From Octopus bimaculoides (Eukaryota), in the NCBI RefSeq assembly GCF_001194135.2, contig NC_069007.1, positions 3,369,310 to 3,413,635 on the forward strand: a stretch of DNA of 44,326 nucleotides, read 5' to 3'. A model generated the notes under the pieces. It saw only the letters and a list, made by a program, of their open reading frames with translations, was not told the DNA's origin and did not search any database. Shown here in pieces: positions 1-11,643 of this stretch. The stretch's first letter is position 1. Every line of letters starts with the position of its first letter. Both the position numbers and the translations under genes were made by a program.

Positions 1-1844
1 ATATATCAACACACACACATATATATATAAGAAAACAAAAACTCATTCACATTCACCCACCCACCCACACACATCCATATATGTGGATGTGTGTGAATGA
101 ATGAATATATGAACACACATGTATATGTGTGCGAGTAAATAGACACACACATATGCACATACACACACACACAAATATATATCAATGACATATATATTCC
201 GGATGCGTAAATTAGAGACTTTTAATGAAACTTCCTTAGAATATTCCTTCCCCACCATTTTCTTTCTCTCTCCATCTTCTCTCCTCGTTTATCCTTTCTG
301 TCAAAGAGTGTAGATTCAAAACATCAAAGAATCTTCCATTTTTCCTGAGCATCAAGCTAAAATGCTTTGTCGTTCCTCCACCTATCTCTGGCTTCTACTT
401 TTTTGGTACATTTGAACCAGACTTCTTTTAGTTTCCATCTACCAAATCTACTCACAAGGCTATAGTAGAAGGCATTTGCTGAAGGTGCCACGCAGTGGAA
501 CTGAAACCCAAACCATGTGGTTGGTAAGAAAGCTACTTACCACACACAAATGCATTAAAATATTCTTCTGATATGTCTCCAGATCACATTGTCTGTCTCA
601 CTGCTCAATCCCATCTCATTATCATCCCTGTGGTATTTCAAACTCAGGAGGTCTTTTCAGCCCTGCTCATCCCTAAGAATCCCCAGTCATAATACCAGGT
701 AATAGATTTGGGAGATTCTGTCATTGAACTAAAAATCTTTCAGGACTGTGCCCCAGCATGACCGTAGTCCAAAGACTGAAACAAGTAAAAGACAACAAAG
801 ATTACCATTGCTATTTATCATAATTATTTTTGCTTCTGTTTTTTTGGTGTGTTTTTCTTTTTGATTATATTTCACCTTTGGAATTCCAATTTCTGATTAC
901 AATATATCTGATAAAAGTCTGGTCGTTGACACGCATGTTTAAGTGGCTTAATGAAGCCGCAGGGTGGAAGGGCGGGCAGCAGTGATCAACATCGCAAAGG
1001 AACAGAGTGAAAGGTAAGGATTTCAAATTTCAAAACAGCAGTTTGTGAGAGATAACCAACACATTGGGTTCATATCATTGTTACAGCAGTACTTAACCAG
1101 CCAGCGGTATGTGGCCATCTTTCATAGATTTTACTGCTACAGACAAAGCATATTTGAATAATAAACTAATCAACATTTTCCAAATGTATTTCACATATTG
1201 CTCACTCTCTCTCTCCATATATATAGAGTCACTTAAACATTGTAATTATATTTTTTGTTCTAACCACAAGCTACAATATGCCACTAATATACAGATAAGC
1301 ATGCATGAGAGTGTGTTTAATACATACATGTATATATATATACATATATATAAGCATAAATATATATAGATATATAAATGTATATAAACATATAAATATA
1401 AATATATATTTATATACATAAATATATAAATAAATAATATATAAACATATATAAATAAATATTTGTATACATAAATATTACACATGCATATTATATACAT
1501 ATATAATAATACATACGCATGTTATATATATGTGTGTGTGTGCATCTGCATATATGCGTGCGTGCGTATATGTAGATGTATATATTACACACATAGCATA
1601 AATTATTTTCAGCCCCAGCATGGTCACAGTCTAATGACTGAAACAAGTAAACGGTAAAAAAAATGATAATTATTTTTAAACTCAAAAACACAGTTTCAAA
1701 TCCCTAGCAGACAGCTGCAAACATGTAATACACGGGTATAATGACCACTGACCACCAGTGAAAGCCTCCTCCTCTTCCTCCTCCTCCTCTTCTACTTGTC
1801 CCACCCCATTCACTGGGACACACATCTGAGAAGTGAAATGGAAA

Positions 1845-1880
<36 letters not shown>

Positions 1881-2614
1881 AACAAAAAGAAAAAGTATTT
1901 GTTTACAGTAAAAGACCACAAAAGACAAATTAATTAGTTAATTAACCAAAAGCAATTCCGGAAAAGTAAGCAGGAAAATCTCAATTAGAAAATTCCAGAA
2001 GTTGATGACATCCTGTAGAAATATTACAGCCACACTCTCCGATATTAGTTTACCGATGCCAAACATGAAGATAAATGGAAATTCTTCAGATCCGATACCA
2101 GTGAGTGACTTCAACCTTCAACTCCCTCCTCCACCAAATCCTTAAATAAGGACCTGCTCCTTAAGAAAAAAAAAAAAAAAAGAAAAATGTGAAAAAAAAA
2201 ATCTGTCCCCAAATTTCTAAACTATTCATCAGTCAATCAAAAATCNNNNNNNNNNNNNNNNNNNNNNNNNNNNNNNNNNNNNNNNNNNNNNNNNNNNNNN
2301 NNNNNNNNNNNNNNNNNNNNNNNNNNNNNNNNNNNNNNNNNNNNNNNNNNNNNGTGCGTGTGCGTGTGTTATGAAGAGCACATGAAGAGGATTGGAAAAT
2401 GTAAAGTTGAGTTTGGCATCATTGAGGGCAATTTCTGATGATGGGAAGAATTCTGGGCCTGTCCTTAATGTCCCAAAGGTTTTGAGATGGCATTGTACAT
2501 ATATATATATATGTATATATATAATATTAGGATAAATACTTTATAAGAATTTATCAAGTAGCCAGCGTGAAAAAAACCTCATAAGGAAAAAAAAACCATC
2601 ATCTTTTTCCATAA

Positions 2615-2831
2615 ATATATATAATTAAATTTATATAAGGGCATTACTATACAATAATGCCTCGCGCTTAGAGGGACGCCATAAGTTAAAACTACCAAAA
2701 TAAGCACATTTTTACTGATCGCGAGGGAATGCAAAAATGTGCTTATTTTGGTAGTTTTGACTTATGGAGTCCCTCTAAGCATGAGGCATTACTGTATAGT
2801 AATGCCCTTATATAAATTAAATTATATATAT
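2615..2831. repeat. Long inverted repeat: ~99-bp arms (2615-2713 / 2733-2831), 19-nt loop
   Basis: The reverse complement of the right arm matches the left arm with about 6 mismatches by eye. Confidence 0.92.
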
Positions 2832-3272
2832 ATAGTCTGTTTACAGGAATGTCTTTCAGTATGTATAAAAAAGCTCCTATTTTCTTGTGTCAGCTACAAA
2901 CCTAATAGCAATTTTTGGAGGTTGTACCAAGCTGTGCCAACATAATGTAGGATAAATACAATAATAATAATAATAATCCTTGGATGGAATTTAAAATGAT
3001 GCATCAACATATTTATAAATTCCATCCATGGATTATCATCATCATTATTATTATTAGTATCTATATATATATATATCATTTTGTTTGCTTGAGGCCTGAC
3101 TCTCCGCGTCTTTCGCAGGCACCGCCAAGATGGTAAACCCCTGTCTTATGAAAGGTGCAAAACTGAATATTACCATTCTGGTTGACAACTGATGAAGAAT
3201 TAGGGATCTTCTTTGTCTTATACGCACATTTTTTTTATCTGCCATTTATTTACAATGCCTTTTTTCATTCAT

Positions 3273-3315
<43 letters not shown>

Positions 3316-4129
3316 NNNNNNNNNNNNNNNNNNNNNNNNNNNNNNNNNNNNNNNNNNNNNNNNNNNNNNNNNNNNNNNNNNNNNNNNNNNNNNNNNNNNN
3401 NNNNNNNNNNNNNNNNNNNNNNNNNNNNNNNNNNNNNNNNNNNNNNNNNNNNNNNNNNNTTATAAAAATATAACACAGGATGTAGGAGAATATAGGCTTT
3501 ACTATTAAAGTCTGATATCCTCCATCCCTATGTTATATTATCCTTGTACATAATGCATATTGATCTTCTTGTTTCAGTTCCAACTGTTACTACTCTGAGT
3601 TTCCGCAACAAAAGTTATGCCATTAGGCACTTTGCTACATACTCTTTAGTAAAACAGCCTCCACTCTGTAACCAGTGAAGAACTGCAAAAAATCAGAAGA
3701 GCAACGGAGTGCAATCTCGTTACTATAAATAATTACATTCCCTCGTCAGTACTGAGCACTTGTTCCTCATTTATAAATTCAAACCTCTGTATGTGTGTGT
3801 GTGTGTCTGTGTGTTCTCTAAATCAGGGGTCTTCGACCACCAAACTGCAAACCAGGAGAGGAGCATGGATCACTGGGTACTGGGCCTTGCACAAAGAACA
3901 GACTTTTAGTTGTTAGCAATGGAAACAGTCTTTGTAACGAATATTAATTTGTGCATCCAACTCAACCTGGGTTTGCTGAGTAAATGCCATAAACTGCAGG
4001 AATCGTCCTGAGAAAAATCATTCTCAAACAGATGACAAACGCTTAAAGACAGATTATAGGGGCAGAAGATTTTCATCAAATTCTTATTTTGTTGACTCAC
4101 AGACTGCAGGGTGTTTTTGAATTATATAA

Positions 4130-4163
<34 letters not shown>

Positions 4164-4364
4164 GTACCATGTGTGTGTGTGTATGTGGTGTGCATATGTA
4201 TATATATATATATATGTGAATGTGTGTATGGAATATGAGTATGTGTGTATGTATATATATGTATATATGTGTGTATGTAATATATACATAATATCTATGT
4301 ATCATATAGATTTATGTGTGTGTATATATGTAATATACAAGTAATACATATGTAACATATATGT

Positions 4365-4407
<43 letters not shown>

Positions 4408-4409
<2 letters not shown>

Positions 4410-4641
4410 GGGTGGCCCAAAAATAGGTTTACAGTTATTCAACTATCTCTTTCGCATTCATATATTAACAGTTTAAATCTTAATTATAAAAAAATATGAA
4501 ACCATTATTCTATGCTAATTTAGTTAATTTTGTCAAGCTCTCTTCTCAGTTTGTAAAATAGAAATTTAAATGTAATAAAATGTTTCAAAAAACTTTAAAA
4601 TGCCTACGTGCTAACTGTAAATCTACTTTTGGGCCACCTTG
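4408..4641. mobile_element. Tc1/mariner-type MITE
   Basis: 29-bp terminal inverted repeats, 26/29 identical (CAGGGTGGCCCAAAAATAGGTTTACAGTT), in a CA/TA microsatellite context. Confidence 0.8.
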
Positions 4642-4649
4642 TGTGTATG

Positions 4650-4724
<75 letters not shown>

Positions 4725-5439
4725 GTGTGTGTGTGTAGTAGTAGTAGTAGTAGTAATTAAATTATATACTATGCAGTTTATGGCATTTTCTTGTCTAGAT
4801 GATCCCTTGGCCTGTGGATAAAAATTGTCCTGCATGAAACCAGTCTATGGTGCAGAAATAGATTCAACACAAGTGTTCTAAAGAATTACAGTAAAAAGTT
4901 ACTTAAACAGGCTCAACCATTAATGTATATGTAACATGCATTACAGCTGACAATCCTTCTGTGACCACCACCACCACCATCACCACCACCACACCACTCT
5001 GAGTGCTATCAGGTTTGATCACATGATAGTGGGGGGGAGCTAAGCAAATGCCATCATCTTTCGGTTATGAATTGAGATAAAAACGGAAAAACTTAAATTA
5101 AATAAATAAAAATGTTTGTATTTCCACAATTTCTGTGACAGAAAAAAAAAAAAAAGGGCTTTGTGGATTTATTTTAATTCATTAGATTCTGGGTTCCAAT
5201 CTAGGATCAACATTGTCTTTCATCCACCTTCCGTGAATTGATAAACATGAACAACAAGCCCTGGGGTTGCTGAAATCAACCAAACCCCTCCCCTCAAAAA
5301 TTACTAGCTTTATGCCAATATTAGAAAGATCTATTATTATTATTATTATAATTATTAAAGCAATGAGCTGGCAGGTTCATTAGCATGTTGGGTGAAATGA
5401 TTCTTCCAGCTTGCCACCTTCTGAGAATATTAATAATTA

Positions 5440-7258
5440 TTTCAACTCTAGGCACAAGGCCTTGAGAATTTTGGTGGGGAAAGAAGTTAGTTGATTATAA
5501 CGACCCCAGTGCATGACTGGTACTTATTTCATCGACCCCGAAAGGATGAAAGGCACAGTCAACCTCGGCGGAATTTCAACTGAGAACGTAAAGACAGACA
5601 AAATACTGCTAAGCATTTCGTCCAGCATGCTAACAGTTCTGCCATAATAATAATAATAGTAACCCTAACAATAACAACAATAATAATAATAATAAAAAGA
5701 AGACTTCTTTCTAATTTTGGAACAAGGCCAGTAGTTTCAGGGGTTGGGGGTTAATTTTATCGATCCCAATGGGGGTACCTATTGACCCTGAAAGGATGAA
5801 AAGAAAAGTCAACCTTTTAGTAGAATTTGAATTCAGAACATGAAGAGCTGGGAGACCTACTGCTAAGCATTTTGTCTGGCGCATTAATGATTCCACCAGC
5901 TTTTTTTTGGTGGGGTTGGCACGGGGAACGTAGAAGATTTCAATACAAGGTCAGAGGTGGGCTTAACATCAACATGGAAAACACGAGCAACACCGGGTTC
6001 AACAGCTAGTTCTTTCTTATTTTGATACAAGGCCAGCAATGTTGATGGAGTTGAGAAAGTTGAATACATCAACCCCAGTGCTCAACTGGTATTTATTCCA
6101 TCGACCCTGAAAGGATCAAAGGCAGGGTCTACCTTGGGAGTTTTCAAACTCAAAACATAAAGAACCAGAAGAACTGCCCCTAAACCTTTTCTCAGACATG
6201 CTAATGGTCCCTGCCAGTTCACCACCATTGCCCAAATGACAATAATTTCTTACAGACACACGAGATGAAAACATTGGGCGGAAAGGGAATAGTCAATCAC
6301 ATCACCCCCAGTATTTCACTGGTACTTCATTTTATCATCCCCGATAAAAGATAAAAAGCCAAGCTGACATTTGTGGGATTTGAACTCAGAACACGAGACA
6401 CCAGAAGAAATACGGCAAGGCATTTTCTCCGATGCTCTAACACTTCTGCCTCGCCATCATCACCATTGAAGAACCAACCCACAACCAGGGGAGTCAATAA
6501 AGTATATTAATTAGGAATAATAATGAAACTAATGAAAATAATAATAATAATAATAATACATGTTCATTTATTTATTCATTATTTGTCAGTCTTTACTTAT
6601 TTTATTTTAATAATATTATTATTAATAATAATAATAATAGTAATAATGAAGACAATATTAGTAATAACAAGAGGCAAGAGGTCTGTAGATACTGTTTTTG
6701 TATTGTTTTGTTTTTTTGTAAAGGGGTGGCGGGGGAGAGGAGGGTAGAAATAGAAATTTGTGATGTTCATGCCTTTTTTTCTTTTTGCTTTTTTTCAAGA
6801 TCATTATACAAAGACATATCAAAATATATGAAGCAGGTTCAATCCCAGATTGAAAAAGCAGTTTAAACACACTTGGTTCTTACTCAACACATCAACGTGA
6901 CCACAACAATCACCACATCAATAAGAATTATAATTAATATTAATAATAATGATGATGTTGAAGATGATGATGATGATGATGATATGATAATGATGATGAT
7001 GAATTCAAACATAGGACACCCCTCACCCCCTGCCACAAGGGGGCGAGAGGGGTAGAAGTGAATGTAGTCAATTTTATCAAGTCCAGTTCTTGACTGGTGG
7101 CATTTCATTTTAGTAACCCCAGAAAGGATGATGATGTTGACCTCTGCTGAGATTTGAAACCCAGAATCTAAAAAAAAAAAATAACTAAAAACTGCATGGG
7201 TTTTTTTTTTTTACTTCTTTTACATTTTTTTTATTTCTGCTGCTTAAATGATTCTGCC

Positions 7259-7302
<44 letters not shown>

Positions 7303-7433
7303 CCTTTCTACTATAGGCACAAGGCCTGAAATTTGGGGGCAAAGTCAACCCTGACAGAATTTCAGTGGACCAAATGCCACAAAGCATTTCGTGTGGGATG
7401 CTAACGATTCTACCAGTTGGCTGCCATAATAAA

Positions 7434-7473
<40 letters not shown>

Positions 7474-8762
7474 GTTTCAAATTTTAGGACAGAGCCAGCA
7501 GCTTTGAGGGGAGGGACAAGTCATTTACATCAGTCCTAGTACTTCACAGGGACCTATTTTATCGATCCCAGAAGGATGAAAGCCAAAGTCGACCTCAGCG
7601 GAATTTGAACTTAGAATGATGTAAAAAGACAAAATGAGGCTGAGCATTTTTTTTTCCGACATGCTAAGAATTCTGCCAGCTCACCACCTTAATAATAATA
7701 ATAATAATTATAATAATAATAATAATAATCCTTTCTACTACAGGTACAAGGCCTAAAATTTGGGAGAGGGAGATAGTTGATAGCATCGACCCCAGTAGTC
7801 AACTGGTACTTAATATATCACCCCCCTCCCCCAAAAAGGCAAAATTGACCTTGGTGGAATTTGAACTCAGAATGTTGCAGCAGACAAGATACTGTTAAGC
7901 ATTCCACCCAGTGTGCTAACAATTCTGCCAGCACGCTGCCTTCATATAACAATAATAATAACTATTATTTCAGATTTTTGCCACAAGGGCAGCTTGGGGG
8001 AGGTGGGGATGAGTCGATTACATCGACTCCAATGTTCAACTGGTATTTATTTTATCGACCCTGAAAGGATGAAAGGCAGAATTTGAACTCAGAACATGAA
8101 GACGGATGAAATACCAGTAAGCATTTCGTCCAGCATGCTCCGCCTTCATATAATAATAATAATAACAATGATGATGACGGTTTCAAATTTTGGCACAAGG
8201 CCAGCAATTTCGGAGGGGGGTGGGGATGAGTTGATTACATCAACCCCAGTGTTTAACTGGTATTCATTTCATTGACCCCCACCAAAAGGATGAAAGGCAA
8301 AGTCGATCTCGGTGGCATTTGAACTCAGATGAAATGCTGCTAAGCATTCTGGTACAAGGCCAGCAATTTTGAGGGGGCAGGGCCCAATCAATGGGTATAT
8401 GTACCCCAGGATGAAAGGCAAAGTTAACCTCAGCAGGATTTGAACTCAGAGCATAAAGGGCTGAAACAAATACCACAAGGCATTTTTGAATATTCTAATT
8501 ATTCTGTTAATCCCCACCTGCCCACCACCCCCAATAAAAATAATAATAATCCTAGCAATGGGGAATGGGGGCAGGGCAATTGATTATGCAGACCCCAGGG
8601 CTCAGCTGGTACTTATTTCACTGGGCCCGTAAGGATAAAAAGCAAAGATGACCTCAGCAGAATTTGAACTCGGAACAAAAGGACGGACAAAATGTCACTG
8701 AACATTTTGTCTGGCTTGCTAACAATTCTGCCAGCATGCTGCCTTCAATGATGATGATGATG

Positions 8763-8808
<46 letters not shown>

Positions 8809-9042
8809 TAATAATAAAGGGCTTTAAATGTTGGCACAAGGCCAGCGGATTTAGGGGGAAGGAGAATTAAGTCAATTACGTCGACACCAATATGTGACTG
8901 GTATTTATTTTATCAATCTCAAAAGGATGAAAAGGTAAAGGTGACCTTGGCGGGATTTGAACTCAGACCGTAAAGCCAGAAGAAATACCTCCAAGCATTT
9001 TGCTCAGCGTGCTAACAACTCAGCCAGCTCACTGCCTTAAAT

Positions 9043-9116
<74 letters not shown>

Positions 9117-9915
9117 CCTTTTTTCTATAGGCACAAGGCTTGAAATTTCTGGGGAGGGGCAAGTCGATTGCATTGACCCCAGAGTTCAACTGGTACTTAT
9201 TTTATTGACCCTGGAGGGATGAAAGGCTAAGTCAACACCTTGGCAGAATTTGAACTCGGGACATAAAGATGGAAAAAAATATTGTTAAGCAATTTACCCA
9301 GCATGTTCTGCTAGCTCACTACCTGAATAATAATAATAATAGTAATAATAATAATAATAATCCATTCTACTATAGGCACAAGGCCTGAAATTTTGAGGGG
9401 GAGGGGGTAAGTTAATTACATCGACCCCAGTGTTTTACTGGTATTTAATTTGTCAACCCCGAAAGGATGAAAGGCAGAGTCAACCTCAGTGGAATTTGAA
9501 CTCAGAACGTAACGACTGCTAAGCATTTCGCCTGGCATGCTTACAATTCTGCCAGCTCGTCGCCTTAATAACAATAATAATAATAATAATAACAATAATG
9601 ATAATGGTTTCAAACTTTTGGCACAAGGCCACAAATTTGGGAAAGAGAAAGAAGCAGTCAATTCTCTCGACCCTGGTACTTTATTTTATAATAATAATGT
9701 TTTCTACAATAGGTGCGAGGTCAGAAATTTGGGGAAAGGGCATTAGTTGATTACAAAGACCCCGGTACATCACTGGTACTTTATTTTATCGGCTCTGGAG
9801 GGATGAAAGGCAAAGTTGACCTCGGCGGGATTTGAATTTAGAATGTAAAGGCCTGTAACTAAAATAGTGCAAAGCATTTTTGTCCGTTGCTCTACCAACT
9901 CTACCAATCCACGGC
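5440..9915 (-). mobile_element. Head-to-tail array of about 16-17 diverged copies/fragments of one ~200-bp tRNA-derived SINE separated by (AAT)n
   Basis: Recurrent plus-strand motifs GGCACAAGGCC, ACTGGTACTTATTT, AAAGGATGAAAGGCAAAGTCGACCTCGGCGGAATTTGAACTCAG (B box GAGTTCAAATTCC on minus). The central domain resembles Meta-type SINE domains from memory only. Confidence 0.85.
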
Positions 9916-11550
9916 ATAAATAGTAGTAGCAGCAGCAGCAGCAATAGTAGTAGCAGTGGTAGTGGTGGTGGTGGTGGTGGTAACAATGGGGTTTTTTTAA
10001 TTTATATTTTAAATATTAAAAATAAAAATTACCAAAAAAAATATGGAAAAAAATACCAACATAATGAAATTGTAAATAATGACAGAGTGGTGGGGGGAGG
10101 AGAGGAACAATGAAAGAGCAGTAAAGGGGAGAGAGAGAGAGGGAGGGAGAGAGAGAGGAGGAGAGAGGCAGAGGCGGAGAAGAAGAGGTGGAGACGGAGG
10201 GAGAGAGGAAATGCAGTAATATATTGCAAAGGTATTAATTATTAGGAAGATGTTAACTGGACCATGATGAACATCACTGAATCACTCAAGACCAAACTGG
10301 GACAGCAGATGAAATGCAATAATGCAATCCACATCGACATTCGCTACAAGCAACGTACCTTCCCAGCTGCAGCTACTCTGCACCATGTGCAGTGCAGTGT
10401 AATTTGATTGTGCATCCATGTACACAGAATATAGCTGCAACGTGCAGTATACAGTGCAACAATACGCCGCAGACTGATGCAGAATGGCATATTCAAGACC
10501 CTGATCGTTACAGACAGCTAAATCCCCAGGCCACCATGCGCACACTGTAAAACTACAATTCATTATGCACTACACAAGATGTCCTCATATCTGCATCCCA
10601 TATGTCCTAACTGCCACACAACACTCATACAACTTTGTCCTAATTGCTACACAACATGTCCTCCCTGTTTCTATAACATACAATTTGTCCTAATTGCTGT
10701 ACATGTCCTTGAATCACACAGCTCTATATGTCCTAACTGCTACACAGCATGTCCTCGCTATCCACACAACTTGTCCTAACTGCCACAGCACACCTCTTCC
10801 CATGGCCACCACACCATAATTTCTTCCTCACTCCCACACCACACTTCACACTTCCTCCAATTCTCACACTGTACCTTTAAATAGTTTTAAATATTTTAAA
10901 GAAATGAAAAAATCATAATCTAAAAACATTAAATAAAGGAGGGAAAAAATTATTTTTAATTATCTATCATTCCCTCTATTCTCTCCTCCTCCCTCTCCCA
11001 TCAATCATCATTCACCCCCTCCCTCACTAGCTCATAGTCTTCCCTCCTCTATCAATTGTCTTATCTCTCTCTCTCCTCCCTTCTTCTCATTGGTCTTTAC
11101 TCTCTCTTTTTCACTCAACACACCCACTCTCTTCCTACTCTCTTTCCCCCCCCTTTCATCATCCTCTTTCTGCTTTTTCTCCCCGTTTCTCTCACCCTAC
11201 GGCCGTTTCCCCCACCTCTCCTCATTCTCTTTCTCTCCCCCCCCCCATAGTTTATGGTAGATACTTTGAATGATAAAAACCATCGTCACCAGCAACACCA
11301 TCACCATCCTCATCATCGTTACTGTCAGCATCACCACCGTCATCGTCATCAACACCCATAAAAGCGTTGCCATCATTGTGTCCATCCTCTTCCATTTCCT
11401 CTCCTCCACTCCTACCCTCCATACCTCGACCTCTGCCTGCCCAGTCCACCTCCAAACACACGCACACAGGCACACACACAAACATACGCACACACACACG
11501 CTCACACTCACACCTTTTGGGAGTACTGCTGCACCGTCGTCTTGCGCATC

Positions 11551-11643
11551 TTATGTGCAGTTGTTCACCGCAGATTTCTGTGCGGTTTCTGTTTCTGTGT
11601 CGCTCACGGGCTCTTCACTCTCGCTGCGCTCATCTTTTTTTAT
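11551..11643 (-). CDS. CERS: CerS last coding exon I (93 nt incl. TAA): [30 protein letters not shown]
   Basis: Acceptor tgttccag|ATA; D-x-R-S-acidic tail typical of CerS C-termini. Confidence 0.9.
   Translation of the reverse strand: MKKDERSESEEPVSDTETETAQKSAVNNCT

Noticed and set aside
3189-3752. CTGATGA (3189, +) and CTGACGA (3744, -) heptamers; also 2226, 32958 and 37205
   Set aside because: No properly placed GAAA, stem II or stem I.
5440-9915. Repeat-spacer-like periodicity as a CRISPR array
   Set aside because: Eukaryotic context, ~200-bp diverged units, microsatellite spacers and no cas genes.
11506-11511. GTGAGT donor 39 nt after the stop (possible 3'-UTR intron)
   Set aside because: It lies at the edge of a GT microsatellite and no matching acceptor could be identified.
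11197-11550. In-frame open sequence after the CerS TAA (possible stop read-through, ~117 aa)
   Set aside because: TAA-G is a poor read-through context and the extension is made of (GT)n and (GAT)n repeats.
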